Virus record (IMG/VR): IMGVR_UViG_3300009103_000003
Coordinates: 32,001 to 96,000 of that record
Source of the DNA: a virus
Direction: 5' to 3' (one strand)
DNA length: 64,000 bases
In this document: positions 48,301-57,163 of the stretch, piece after piece
How the letters are laid out: the number at the start of each line of letters is the position of its first letter
Position numbering within the stretch: position 1 is the stretch's first letter
Position numbers and translations under genes: made by a program
The notes under the pieces: model-generated
What the model was told of the DNA's origin: nothing
The model's database searches: none
Seen by the model: the letters and a program-made list of their open reading frames with translations, nothing else

Positions 48301-48605
48301 ACCCCGGCGACTCCTCTAAGTTTATTCGGGGTGACTACATTTCGCTTTCTCATGCAAGCGCTGTGAACAAAACTTTGAAAAACCCCATAAAAACATTACC
48401 TGTACTGCGTGGTGTAGAGACCCTGCCGCTAGATCAGACCACAGACTGGTTGGCGAGACTACAATACAGAAAACTAAAAGAGACGTTTATTAGGGCCGCA
48501 AATGAGGGGTGGGAGAGTGATATTCACGGCCTCCACCCAGCGCCTGGACTAGCCTATTCTGCTGAGTTTGGTAGGAAGGGTAAAACTACAGGGGGGCCCT
48601 ACTAA
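42330..48605 (+). CDS. rpoBC: DNA-directed RNA polymerase, beta and beta-prime fused in one 2091-aa chain
   Basis: Beta motifs: YIVDGTE, TPEG, FEDGIVISES, GDKLSGRHGNKG, PSGVPGRINPGQ, YVLKL.H.VDKKL.ARS, GGAQRFGE. Beta-prime motifs: KPEKGGLF, RDPVLH, catalytic FNADFDGD, bridge helix GARAGL, CEQSKGLCSKCYG, trigger loop GERGTQLSMKAFHTGG. Confidence 0.97.
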   Translation: MSNVLDPQRVMKTLEDGTINEIKKFFPLVGKKHTLIAKDVYIGDPVDIDDVSSQKKARLRGRTWAQGVFADFSLVNNETGKVISTANKLKVLNLPKITRRYSYIVDGTEYQADNQWRLKSGVYARRKANGDLESQFNLAQGRGFRLGFDPKKRRFLMSYGTSNIQLLPVLQALGVKDEDIQAAWGNELYTASLASKKRGELVKLSKALDKKAGATNDSEAVPVIQAALKETKLLPETTAITLGAPHTTVSGDALLASSTKLLNINKGTEQVDNRDALQFKELWAINDHIPERIENSKRRITYKMMNNLDRKDNVRGIVTGDIFNVPIKAFFTSTSLSQQSSQVNPVDMVGGFLRTTIMGTGGIQSDSAISEEAKLIDSSFLGFIDPVHTPEGKRSGISGHLSLGVRKKGTVPLIKVFDVKAGKYADKSPSELTLGNVAFPDQYEFTKGKSPRPIGDTATVIPSGGGDPSRVASSDVDYILQSPKQMFSITANLVPFLPSDQANRAGMATRHIEQAISLTKAEEPLVQVISGNPSERYATWEKIVGEFFSHPAPVSGFVDSVSSSKIVVKNKDGKKHEVQLYDNFPLNDKKAYISSNALVKKGDKVSEGQIIADTNFTKGGTLSLGTNLLIGYLPYKGLVFEDGIVISESASKKLTSSHLHKERSYVDKNMVVGLKKFRANYPGSISEENASKLDADGVIKKGQTVDPGDTITTVLQKTEPSKEQLLLKGIHKSLVRPYKNKSLVWDKPYRGEVTDVVRNGREIVVYVKTEEPADIGDKLSGRHGNKGVITAVIPDEEMPKDSEGNALQIIVNPSGVPGRINPGQVLETALGNVAHKNGEPYAVENFQSDDRKKVVRVKAHTRTIQTKSGPKTVEVKEHERELGYRDVVDAALKSAKVSETRELFDPQTGKSLGSVLVGHQYVLKLMHQVDKKLSARSHGYGHDYDANLVPKSGGKSGGAQRFGELGLYAMLAHGATANIRDALTYKGDKQQDEVWTAVQTGAILPTPKPSFAYEKFLAYMNALGLNVEKDGNGLIVSPLTDKQIKSMSNGEIKDGSRVIRGKDLKPEKGGLFDETITGGPGGKNWAHIALAESLPNPVFEKGIRSVLGITGKEYDAVIAGKSGFNAEGELVPAGDGVLTGPAAMAARLKSIDVESELASAKEAIKTVRRNDLDKVNKKIKYCLMLQKNKISPQEAYVIDNVPLLPPLFRPITAMEGGDLNIDGVNMLYRDIALLNKKLKEAQGVLPEEAIMKLREDLYSATEALMGVQTMTQGGLTTDGQPRPPGILHILAGRSSPKQSYFLQRLVDRRQDISMRSVIVPDMNLHLDELGLPRKGAMKIFRPFVVRELVKMGYTPLKARTEVEKNTSLANKALDIAVEKRPVMFKRDPVLHKFGIMAFKARLHDESAIHIHPLVVGGFNADFDGDTMAVFVPVSQEAVDESYKMMPSKNLFNPATGHVMYQPTLEGQLGLYLLSRWGKKSSKAFKNSKEAIADAKEGNISMTDVIQVGDIKTTAGRLLFNNMLPKKVQSDKFLTDPKAIVDKKTLQGVLRDVATKTPQEFAQTADRVKDLGFGHAYNIGFSFALSDFAPLRDIREKHMTLAKKKEAVIRKQLSMKMLSKEAANDKIVKLYESADSAMTADATALLDKGGNKLKLMEAAGVKPSWSQLKQMIMAPMLVENAQGRVIPVPVTSSYSEGLKSSDYWVTTSGARAGLIKKVQSVQKPGALNKQIANTTISYVINNDDCGTGKGISLPVFDSDLVDRFTAKSISTAGLKVSSGTLITPNLLSKMKASKVDRVVVRSPLKCEQSKGLCSKCYGITDNGAPIAKGTNIGLIAGTSIGERGTQLSMKAFHTGGVAGGGSSVVGGIDRVSQLLKMPALLAGSATLSPVSGEVTSVTKSEIGGHDVVIGNQEAYIPGNLSVSVKKGEKVRRGQQISSGVINPHDLLEKTNIETVQRYLADEIHKVYAKEGIKKRNVEVVTKALTNLGRVMDPGDSSKFIRGDYISLSHASAVNKTLKNPIKTLPVLRGVETLPLDQTTDWLARLQYRKLKETFIRAANEGWESDIHGLHPAPGLAYSAEFGRKGKTTGGPY

Positions 48606-49963
48606 TGCAGGACGCTTACGGTAAATCAGCAGAAGCCTCACTTGGCCCAGCTAACATATGGCTAGCCAAAGTAACTAATGTCAACATGCGGGAGTGGACC
48701 ATCGATGTGGAGGGGGTGTACACCCTCAAGCCCCTGCCAGGGGTTCCTTTTGCGTCCCCCTACTGTCATCGAGACCATGCCGGGGGTGTTAACTATATCC
48801 CCGAGGTCGATTCACTTTGTTATATAGCCGAGTGCATGGATGGGACCACCTTTGCCTTTGCCTTTGTTCTAAACTCAGTGACAACTGCACCTGCTGAGTT
48901 TGACGAGGAAGAGGAGAAGTATGACGAGACCTCTGCCACTGTAGACCCCAGCTTTCGCGGTAACCGGATGCCATTAGAGCCCGGTGATATTATGTTGGGC
49001 ACTGTAGACGAAAATCAGATCGTTGTTCGGAGAGGGGGCATGATCCAGATTGGATCAACCGGGCTAGCACAAAGACTCTATATCCCTGTAGAGAATACGA
49101 TTCGGGATTACTTTCAGCGCTACCAAGGCATTAGCCCTGTGGGGGAGATTGAGTGGGGACACGCTGTTCTAGTGAACGGGGAAGATCCATCAGGGGGAAC
49201 AGGGAGTATCCCCACATCTAATTATTTTTTAGATGATGGGCAGAAGAACGCCTTGAAGACAGCAGAAGAAACCCCTGTCCTTGTCCGCTATAACATTAAA
49301 GACCTTTGCCAAGAGGATGTCAGCAAAGGGAAGTACACCATTGAGTTGCGGGCAGGGCGACTAACCGACGAGACTTTAGATACCGAGGTGGACGCCGAGC
49401 ACATATTTGCCAACGCAGATCTCCACAAAACCAAAAAAATCTTAGGTACCGGTATCGCACCGGAAGATAAAGGTATTGTAAGTATTACTATTTATAGTCA
49501 CGATGATGGTGATAATAAAGATAAAGTTACTTACGCCTTCCAACTAAACAGAGATGGCGATAATTTTGTATTTACAAAGGGCAGCATTCATTACGAAGTA
49601 GAGAAAGATTTTAATGCTGTTATTCAAGGGGACACCCAGGTTTCTTGGGGTGAGGGCTCCGAAGAAGGCGAGGGAGACTCCTATTTACAGCTTTTGAATT
49701 CGAATGAATTTAAGATGGCCTGTAAGAAGGTTGTTATGGAAGTTGTGAATGGTGTGGAGTTCTCCTGCAAAGACATGAACATAAAAGCCAGTAATAATGT
49801 TGATATTGGGGACGGTGCCGATAATATGGTTTGTCGCACTGAGTCCCTTGAGACTTTTATGAAGTCTGCTTTCCAGTGTGTGACTGCCTGGGGACCTAGC
49901 GGCCCCATGATTCCGTCATTCACCCCGGATGTTGGCTCCAAGAAAGTAAAGGTGAAGCCATAA
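48605..49963 (+). CDS. Baseplate hub/spike-like protein (gp5/GpV-type OB-fold N-terminus)
   Basis: LAKVTNVN...TIDV...VPFASPY...GGVNYIPEV.S.C resembles the spike OB fold. The C-terminus has short beta-repeat-like segments. Confidence 0.5.
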   Translation: MQDAYGKSAEASLGPANIWLAKVTNVNMREWTIDVEGVYTLKPLPGVPFASPYCHRDHAGGVNYIPEVDSLCYIAECMDGTTFAFAFVLNSVTTAPAEFDEEEEKYDETSATVDPSFRGNRMPLEPGDIMLGTVDENQIVVRRGGMIQIGSTGLAQRLYIPVENTIRDYFQRYQGISPVGEIEWGHAVLVNGEDPSGGTGSIPTSNYFLDDGQKNALKTAEETPVLVRYNIKDLCQEDVSKGKYTIELRAGRLTDETLDTEVDAEHIFANADLHKTKKILGTGIAPEDKGIVSITIYSHDDGDNKDKVTYAFQLNRDGDNFVFTKGSIHYEVEKDFNAVIQGDTQVSWGEGSEEGEGDSYLQLLNSNEFKMACKKVVMEVVNGVEFSCKDMNIKASNNVDIGDGADNMVCRTESLETFMKSAFQCVTAWGPSGPMIPSFTPDVGSKKVKVKP

Positions 49964-50448
49964 TGCCTTTAGCCACAACAGCCATAACAATGGACTCAAA
50001 GGTCCAAGACATAGTTAATGGGCTTCCCCAATCAGAAGAGGAACTCCAAAGCTGGAATGCCGCAGAGGAATGGGGCGAGGTAGCTGAGGCGTTTTTTGCT
50101 GGTGGGGTGTCCCCTGCGTGGACACCTGCGGGCCTTGCTCTAGGAAAGGCGGCTTGGATCGCCACCGCCTTAGGGGTTATGGCCTCCCCACAAGAAATGT
50201 CTGCGGCGGCGATGGAGGCCGCTTTTCCTGTGTTTGCGGCACTAGCTGCTGTTCCCGGTAATGTGCTTCCACCCATTCCCGCAATACAAGCGCCACCGGC
50301 AGCGCCACTGAGCTTGGCACCTTTGGCAGCATTACCACCATCAGAATCTACACTGCCTTCAACAACTGCTCTTCACGGTATATTATTAGCTTGGGCCATA
50401 ACTGGCACACAAACAATTCCACCGGCATCACCAGTGCCTTGGTCTTAA
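49963..50448 (+). CDS. Ala/Pro-rich small structural protein adjacent to the spike
   Basis: TAATG-coupled ORF, 161 aa; function unknown. Confidence 0.55.
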   Translation: MPLATTAITMDSKVQDIVNGLPQSEEELQSWNAAEEWGEVAEAFFAGGVSPAWTPAGLALGKAAWIATALGVMASPQEMSAAAMEAAFPVFAALAAVPGNVLPPIPAIQAPPAAPLSLAPLAALPPSESTLPSTTALHGILLAWAITGTQTIPPASPVPWS

Positions 50449-50459
50449 GGGGTAAAAAA

Positions 50460-52463
50460 ATGGAACTCGTAAGAAAATTGCAACGACCGACGTTTGAAAA
50501 AACAGCGTCTAAATTTATTTTGGGTGATAACCCAAACACTCACCCAAGTGAGCTACTCGCCCATTTGTATAAGCAGCACTCATACCTGGGCCAGTATAAG
50601 GTCAATATGTCTATTGAGGGGCAAGATCAGAGCCTCGGATATATGTATGGTGTGTTCACGGTATCACACTCCCCCGAAGTCCCCGCAGGCCCTGGGACAC
50701 AGAGAATGGGTGAGGTGGTCAGGGAAGGTGAGCAAGAACCGACTTCTGAAGAAAAAAAGACCGCCCTCCGCATCCCAATTATTGTGGAAAATAAAAAGGC
50801 GTATTCTTTTGATGTATTCATCTCCCCGGACGGACGCTTCTTGCCTCTGAATGAGCAGCGGGTGTCTGCTGCACTGTTTGATATGAACCCATACTTGCCC
50901 GCACCCAGCCCTTCCGCAGTTGGTGGTGGCGGCAGTGGTGCAAACTTCAGCCCTACTGAGCCTGCGGGCGCATTAGGGGGTTCTGCCTCAGCGGTAAATC
51001 AAACCGTAAAGCAGGCCTCGGTGTTGGATTCAATCCTCCCAAATATTCACTCACAAGAAGTAGCAGCATTTCTGGAGAAGCTGGCTGGTGACCAGTCTTT
51101 ACGGGACGCTGTTCAATTAAACCCCGCGTTTAGCAAGGCTGTTGTTAAACTCGCAGAAAGCGCTGATAAGCCTCAGGTCACCCCTTCTGAGGAAGTCAAA
51201 GAGCTTGATGAGTTTGACGCAACCGTTATCGCGAAAACAGACGGTGGTTACACCATTAAGATGGCCTCTGCTGACGGGTCTGCGCAGGACGTATTTATTT
51301 CAAATGTGGATGGTCAGAGCATCCCAATTGAGGTTCGGCAGAGCGTAATCAATGATGGTTACACGCTTGTGGTGCCTGAAGACAATCGTGAACTGGTCTC
51401 TGTGGAAAAGACCGCAAGCCTCAAAACCGTGGATTCCAACGGTATTTACTCCGTGATGACTAAGACCGGTAAGGCACAAAGAGCCGCAGTGGTTAACGAT
51501 ATCGTTTCTCTTGATGGTCGCAAGATGGACCTGTGTCTGGTGGTTGGTGACTCCGGTGCTGCCTTTCAAGACAAGGTGGCGGGCGTTCATTGTGGCGATT
51601 TAGACCTCGGAGCCCTACGTGGCTCGGAGCCATCGGGCGGGGGCGTCTTCGTTCTCAAAGAAGCAGGTGTCGTAACGGAACCTGTTACCGTACTAAATAA
51701 AGTTGTTACGGATGATGCTACGTCATATCTGTACGAGCACCCACTTCATGGGAAGGGAACGCTCAAGATTGCGAGCGTCTTAAAGCCGCTAAACACAAGC
51801 GGTAACGATTATCTAATCCCCGACACAGCAACTTTTGTCCCGCTCACTTTTGGCGGCAGATACGCTACCGACGCAGTGTCGATGGACAAAATTGCCTCCA
51901 GACAAGACCGGATGATGGAAGTTTGTCTCCGCTCAGACGGGTCTGAGTTCTCATTTAGCGGTAGACCTGTAGACGGCCTGATTAAAAGTGCTGGGCTGAA
52001 TGCTGTTGAGTCTCTTTTGTTGTTAGGCGTCCTTGGTGATACCCCCTCAGGGGCAATGCGGAAGCTTGCGTCTGCGGCTCAAAAATTCGAGACTTCTTTT
52101 GTTGCGGCCCGTGTATTGGGGCCTAACACGAAAGAAAAGGTTGCGGCTGATGGAGAAGCCGAGAGACTTGCAGAGGTTATCAATATTGACCTTATAAAAG
52201 AGTCCTCTGCTTTAACAGGCTCGGAGACCGTTGACTCTGTTTTATCCCTGAACTTCGTTACCCCGGAGAATATCCAGGGGTATGTTGACGCGATCCCGGT
52301 TCTAGAAGAGGCGGGCTCCAAGTTGGCTGAGATGCTTGTTGGGGTTCGGTTGGGGCTGTCAGATGTACCAGAGGCGGCGGTATCGACTTCTTTGCGTGGT
52401 ATCGAGCGGGCAGTGCAGGGTCTGAAGAAACTTCAGATTCGAGCAAGCGTCTCAATGGCGTAA
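50460..52463 (+). CDS. Putative head/core protein with at least eight K-x-A-[A/S] motifs
   Basis: Start re-called to the ATG at 50460. Contains EKTAS x2, VKQAS, IKMAS, LKIAS, DKIAS, RKLAS and EKVAA. Confidence 0.6.
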   Translation: MELVRKLQRPTFEKTASKFILGDNPNTHPSELLAHLYKQHSYLGQYKVNMSIEGQDQSLGYMYGVFTVSHSPEVPAGPGTQRMGEVVREGEQEPTSEEKKTALRIPIIVENKKAYSFDVFISPDGRFLPLNEQRVSAALFDMNPYLPAPSPSAVGGGGSGANFSPTEPAGALGGSASAVNQTVKQASVLDSILPNIHSQEVAAFLEKLAGDQSLRDAVQLNPAFSKAVVKLAESADKPQVTPSEEVKELDEFDATVIAKTDGGYTIKMASADGSAQDVFISNVDGQSIPIEVRQSVINDGYTLVVPEDNRELVSVEKTASLKTVDSNGIYSVMTKTGKAQRAAVVNDIVSLDGRKMDLCLVVGDSGAAFQDKVAGVHCGDLDLGALRGSEPSGGGVFVLKEAGVVTEPVTVLNKVVTDDATSYLYEHPLHGKGTLKIASVLKPLNTSGNDYLIPDTATFVPLTFGGRYATDAVSMDKIASRQDRMMEVCLRSDGSEFSFSGRPVDGLIKSAGLNAVESLLLLGVLGDTPSGAMRKLASAAQKFETSFVAARVLGPNTKEKVAADGEAERLAEVINIDLIKESSALTGSETVDSVLSLNFVTPENIQGYVDAIPVLEEAGSKLAEMLVGVRLGLSDVPEAAVSTSLRGIERAVQGLKKLQIRASVSMA

Positions 52464-52466
52464 CAC

Positions 52467-53243
52467 ATGAAGCAACCGAATGAATACTGGTTAAAGTACA
52501 TGCTTCTGTTCTCTGGGTTATCCCAAGAACAGATTGCCGAGTCGGCGTGCATGTTCGGGATGCCAGATCCTTCGGTTTCTTACTTGGGCTCGTTAGCTGA
52601 CAAGCTTCAGGAGACGAAGCCTCCTAGGTTCGATATAGCTAACAGCGCAAGTAAGGCCTGGGTAAGACGCCAACGGATTATGTCTATGGCTGTGGGGCAG
52701 AAGTACGCCTTACAGGCTAGGGAGATTCTAGGTGATACGAAAATTAGGCCGATAGTTGAGACCTTAATTATTAGCGACGCCTCCCTAGAGGATATTAGTA
52801 AGTATACTCAGGAGTTAACCGGAACCAAGTTACCAAAGAAGTCGATAGATATGTATCGACACTATTTTTGGAACAGGCAGCTTCTCTCCTCTAAGGAATG
52901 GTTAGATTTTTTAGACACCTACCCTAATGGGGACATCCTTAAGAAATGCTACAAGCAGGGGCTTGAATACGCATTATGGCGCATAGGGTATCGGGTAGAG
53001 TTATCTCAACAGGATGTTCTCCGTGGAGTTTTCCATGAATCGGCTATGCGATTTTTTGAGACATCCTCATCCCCAAATAATCGTGATACGGCAATGACAG
53101 CCAAGATGTGGGCTGAGAATATCTTTAAGGCAACCGAGGAGCTAAACAGAACCGGTGATGAGGTTAGGCAGGTTCTGGATGAATTGAAGAATGTGGCTAT
53201 AAAGCTCGGGAAAAGAGATATTAGCAGTATTGAGGATCTATAA
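52467..53243 (+). CDS. Hypothetical helical protein, possible N-terminal HTH
   Basis: SGLSQEQIAE and SLEDISKY are HTH-like segments; coiled C-terminus. Confidence 0.55.
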   Translation: MKQPNEYWLKYMLLFSGLSQEQIAESACMFGMPDPSVSYLGSLADKLQETKPPRFDIANSASKAWVRRQRIMSMAVGQKYALQAREILGDTKIRPIVETLIISDASLEDISKYTQELTGTKLPKKSIDMYRHYFWNRQLLSSKEWLDFLDTYPNGDILKKCYKQGLEYALWRIGYRVELSQQDVLRGVFHESAMRFFETSSSPNNRDTAMTAKMWAENIFKATEELNRTGDEVRQVLDELKNVAIKLGKRDISSIEDL

Positions 53244-53590
53244 TGACGGGTGGTAATGTTTTTAATGGCGGTATGCCGATATCTGGCTTTGAGCTTGTCA
53301 CGTTCACGGAAGCGAAAACGCCAGTCATGGGTGTTCGTGCCGAATATTACCAATATGAAAATGGGGTCAAGTTCCATTTTTGGGGTGACCCTGAGTTTCC
53401 CGAAACATTTGAGACCAGCCTCATGGAGGCCTTCGCCGCTTTTCCTAAAGAAAACATTATCGTTGAATACGTGCCCGAGGTGGATAGCTGGTATGGCGAA
53501 GTAAAAAATGTAAACACACTAACTTCGTCGCTCATTGAGCGAATTGTTAGCAAAATAGCGACGGCGGTAGAGAACAATGGCAAAGAATGA
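53243..53590 (+). CDS. Hypothetical protein
   Basis: TAATG-coupled ORF, 115 aa. Confidence 0.65.
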   Translation: MTGGNVFNGGMPISGFELVTFTEAKTPVMGVRAEYYQYENGVKFHFWGDPEFPETFETSLMEAFAAFPKENIIVEYVPEVDSWYGEVKNVNTLTSSLIERIVSKIATAVENNGKE

Positions 53591-55391
53591 AAAACAATCT
53601 TATACGGGCACCCTTGCCAAAGTAGCTCCCGCCTTCGGTCTGAAGGCCATTCTTGGTGATTTACCCAAAGCATCTCTTGAGCACGCTACAGAAGCGAAGC
53701 TTCGCGGAAATAAGGCCAAACTAAAAGACCTCTTGGTTCAGGGCATGAAGGGTCGTGGCGTGGGCAGGGCCACCGGCGCAGCAGTTGGGATTGCAACAGC
53801 CCCTCTTTTCTTGAAGGGCCTGGATTTCGTTAGCTCTAAAGACAAGAAAAAACAGCGACTCGGACTCGCCCTACTGGGCTCTACCGCTGCTGCTTACCAA
53901 GGGCAGAAAGGCTTCATTGAAGGTTACAGGTCTGCCAAGGCAGGCGGAACACCTAGCAAGCTACTGGCAGCAAGACAGGGTGCTATTATTGGGGGGACAC
54001 GCATTGCGTATAAAACCCCCTCAGCGATCCTGCTTGGCCTAAGCATTGCGCAGGGAAGGAAGAAGAGTAAGAGTGGTGGCGGGCCGTTAGCTAAGTATAT
54101 CACCCCAGCCCTATCCGGTGCTGCCATCGGCGCTTTGTCCCGTGGCGCAGAAAACATCGCTGTTCAGAAAGGCATGGGTGGAGCAAAACTCACCTCACAA
54201 GTATTTAAGAAAGCATTACCAGCGGCTGGTGGTGGAGCAGTAGGCGGTCTTGTTGGAGGGGTCGTCTTATCCGCAGCAGTCGATGGTGCTATGAAAGCCT
54301 TGAAAAGCGGGAAAGAGAAGAAGGCCGCAGCGGTTACGGGAACAGCGCTTGGTGTAAAGGGCTTGGCCAGCTTGCTCGGTATTCATGGAGCCACAAAGGG
54401 GGCTATGGGGTACGGCGGCGCTGGGCGTTTGACTGCGAAAATTCCTTGGCTTGGTAAGCGGGTGCAGGGGGGTATGCAAAACCTCAAGACTCGCCAGCTT
54501 GCCATTGGGATCAGAGAAGGACTCGCAGGGAGAACAAACGCAGGGTTCCGCGCAAATGTCGGCCTGGGGATGACTATTCCGGAGCTTAAGTTCAACCGAG
54601 AGGTTGGGATAAAGCTTGGACAACTTCTTCGAGGTGTTCCTCCAGAGTTTAGGCCGAAGGCGTTAGCATTTGTTCAAAAGCAAATTACCCCAATAATGAA
54701 GAAAACCAAGGGCGGGGACCCTGTCCCAGTATTCAACCAATTGGGAAAAGCAATTGAGCAGGCAACGGGTAAGGACCCGCTCTTCAAGAGGACTGGCTTG
54801 GCTGGGGCATGGAATTCCGTGATGCACGGGGGACGTGGGGCGTACACCCAAAAGGGTCACGCAGTCCGCAGATTACCTAAAGCGTTAGCACAAGATCCAA
54901 AAAGCAAGGGTCTCGCTGGAGACTTAGTTCTGAGTGGTGGCGGTGTTGGGGGGATGGCCGCTTTACTGTCTGGCGCTGTTCCAGGGGCAGCGGTTATACC
55001 TGCAACAGTCATGGCGTCTCATGCAGCAATGAGCGGATTAAAAGGGTTGGCTGTCCGCACTAAAGCAATTCAGAACAAGGCTGGCGAGTCTGCTGCCCAA
55101 GGTATTCGAGAAGCATTCTTGCCTGGGATGAGGAAGGGCCTCGGGACGAAAACTATGGAGAAGGTGCTAGATTACGGGGTCTCGCCTGCGTCCCGCGATT
55201 TCGGGAAAATGATTGGTGCCCTCGCCAGAAGAGGCGCGGAGACAGGACGCCAAGCTTTCTACGGCGGTGCGCAAGGAAAACTCAACAGAGTGTTTTCTCC
55301 GAAGAGACTATCATTTTCTGACGCTGCAACTATGCCGATGCTGGCTGGTGCAGGGGCGGCAGGCCTATACAAAGCTAATAGAGAGCGCTAA
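53577..55391 (+). CDS. Basic Gly/Ala-rich protein with glycine-zipper hydrophobic segments (putative internal virion/ejection protein)
   Basis: Multiple GxxxG hydrophobic stretches (GRATGAAVGIA, LSGAAIGAL, GGGAVGGLVGGVVL, GGVGGMAALLSG). Very Lys/Arg-rich. Confidence 0.55.
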   Translation: MAKNEKQSYTGTLAKVAPAFGLKAILGDLPKASLEHATEAKLRGNKAKLKDLLVQGMKGRGVGRATGAAVGIATAPLFLKGLDFVSSKDKKKQRLGLALLGSTAAAYQGQKGFIEGYRSAKAGGTPSKLLAARQGAIIGGTRIAYKTPSAILLGLSIAQGRKKSKSGGGPLAKYITPALSGAAIGALSRGAENIAVQKGMGGAKLTSQVFKKALPAAGGGAVGGLVGGVVLSAAVDGAMKALKSGKEKKAAAVTGTALGVKGLASLLGIHGATKGAMGYGGAGRLTAKIPWLGKRVQGGMQNLKTRQLAIGIREGLAGRTNAGFRANVGLGMTIPELKFNREVGIKLGQLLRGVPPEFRPKALAFVQKQITPIMKKTKGGDPVPVFNQLGKAIEQATGKDPLFKRTGLAGAWNSVMHGGRGAYTQKGHAVRRLPKALAQDPKSKGLAGDLVLSGGGVGGMAALLSGAVPGAAVIPATVMASHAAMSGLKGLAVRTKAIQNKAGESAAQGIREAFLPGMRKGLGTKTMEKVLDYGVSPASRDFGKMIGALARRGAETGRQAFYGGAQGKLNRVFSPKRLSFSDAATMPMLAGAGAAGLYKANRER

Positions 55392-55393
55392 TC

Positions 55394-57163
55394 ATGAGTC
55401 TGGGCGATTACTTAACCAAATCTGCGGAAGAAGCTCCCCCCAAGCATGGGACAGGGATTCCTTCGCTCAAAGAATGGTTCAAGCCCTACGATCATCAAGC
55501 AAGCGCAATTGACCGCCTGTTCGCTAACAAAGGGAAGATGATTCTCGCCCATGAGATGGGTACCGGTAAAACCGTTACCAGTATCTATGGGTTTGAGAAA
55601 ATGAAGCATGAAGGTAAGGCGAAAAAAGCTCTTGTCATTGTGCCTTCCGGTCTTCGAGACAACTTCGCCAAAAACGGTATTGAGAAGTTCACCAATAGTA
55701 CTTGGCAGGCGATTGGTTCTTCCTCTGAGAAGTCTAAGAAGGCTGGGTATATCAGGCCTGGGGAAGAGTCCGACAAAGATTACACAGTAATAAGCTATGC
55801 GATGTTTCGGCGTGATCCAATTGGGTACATGAAGCGAACAGGCGCAGATACGATTATCGCGGACGAGTTCCACAAGACTAGGAATGAACGGGCTAGCACA
55901 TACCAAGCCCTGGCCTCTGCTCGTGTGTTGGCTACAAACTTCATGGGGCTGACCGCCTCGATGATTAATAATAATCCTTCGGAGTTGGCGACCCTGCTTA
56001 CCTTATCGGAGGGGAGGCGGGACCTAACACCAAGGCAATTTAAGCGCCGATATACCCAAACGATTGGATTCACCAAAGGATTTAATGACGGTCGTAAAAA
56101 GATCGTTGGGATGAAAAATGTTGATGAGCTACGGGAGCGGACAGGGACAAAAGTAGACTACGTCGAAACCAAGGACTTGAAAGGCAAGACGATGCCTAAA
56201 AAAGATATTGAGACAGTCCCTGTCCCAATGTCTAAGGAACAGTATCGACTGTATCAACTGTCACTAAACAAGCTCGGCCCAGTTAAGAAGTATATAACCA
56301 AGAAAGACCCAAACATCACTGTGCGAGAAGCCAAGATGATTTTTGGGCAGATTTCACAAGCCCGACAAGTCGCTAACTCTCTCCAAACTGGGCGAAGTGA
56401 TGTGACCCTTGCCGAGTCATCCAGAAGAACTCCGAAGGTGAACAGGCTCCTAAACGACACAGAAAAACACTTGGCAGATAAGTCAGACAACAAGGTTGTT
56501 TTATATTCGAACCTTGTTCGTGGTGGGGTGGATGTTCTATCTGCCGGGTTAAAAGAACGAGGAATCCCCCACTCTGTATTCGTTGGTAAAGGCACAGAGG
56601 TGGGTGGTAATAAGGTTACAGCCGTCTCCAGACAGGCTGGAGTTCAGGAGTATAAGGCCGGGAAAAAGCGGGTAATCGTCATCAGTGGTGCTGGGGCTGA
56701 GGGGCTCGATCTTAAGAACTCAACGGCATTTTTCTCTTTAGATGGGCACTTCAATCCACAACGCGTTTTACAAGCAGAGGGTAGGGCTAGAAGACTTGGT
56801 GGGCAAAAACATCGCGCATTAGAGGACCGCATTGTGAATGTAAGGCGCTACCAGAGTGTCGCGCCAGACAGTGCAAAGCCTGGGTTTATTGGTCGAGTGT
56901 TTGGGAAGACCACCCCAAGAACAACAGATCAATGGATGGATAGCGTTGCTAGCCGGAAGTACCAGCAGCAAGAGCAATTCTATAAAGCCTATAAGCAGAA
57001 AAAGCATCTGTATAAATACACAGACCAAAGCGGGAAAACTAGATATGTCTACGCCAAAAAAACCAAACAAAAATCCCCTGGACTCTTTTCTCGGATCTTC
57101 TCTAGAAAGCGAACTCCTGAAGCTAGCCCAATCCAAGCCCCCAAACCTACGACTGTCGGATAG
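55394..57163 (+). CDS. SNF2-family ATPase/helicase
   Basis: YDHQASAI, AHEMGTGKT, VIVPSGL, IIADEFH, LTAS, KVVLYS, SGAGAEGLDL, FNP...QAEGRARRLG. Confidence 0.93.
   Translation: MSLGDYLTKSAEEAPPKHGTGIPSLKEWFKPYDHQASAIDRLFANKGKMILAHEMGTGKTVTSIYGFEKMKHEGKAKKALVIVPSGLRDNFAKNGIEKFTNSTWQAIGSSSEKSKKAGYIRPGEESDKDYTVISYAMFRRDPIGYMKRTGADTIIADEFHKTRNERASTYQALASARVLATNFMGLTASMINNNPSELATLLTLSEGRRDLTPRQFKRRYTQTIGFTKGFNDGRKKIVGMKNVDELRERTGTKVDYVETKDLKGKTMPKKDIETVPVPMSKEQYRLYQLSLNKLGPVKKYITKKDPNITVREAKMIFGQISQARQVANSLQTGRSDVTLAESSRRTPKVNRLLNDTEKHLADKSDNKVVLYSNLVRGGVDVLSAGLKERGIPHSVFVGKGTEVGGNKVTAVSRQAGVQEYKAGKKRVIVISGAGAEGLDLKNSTAFFSLDGHFNPQRVLQAEGRARRLGGQKHRALEDRIVNVRRYQSVAPDSAKPGFIGRVFGKTTPRTTDQWMDSVASRKYQQQEQFYKAYKQKKHLYKYTDQSGKTRYVYAKKTKQKSPGLFSRIFSRKRTPEASPIQAPKPTTVG

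Noticed and set aside
42330-48605. Interpretation as a host chromosomal rpoB-rpoC locus
   Set aside because: No ribosomal-protein context, heavily reduced and divergent sequence, and flanked by portal, spike and terminase genes.
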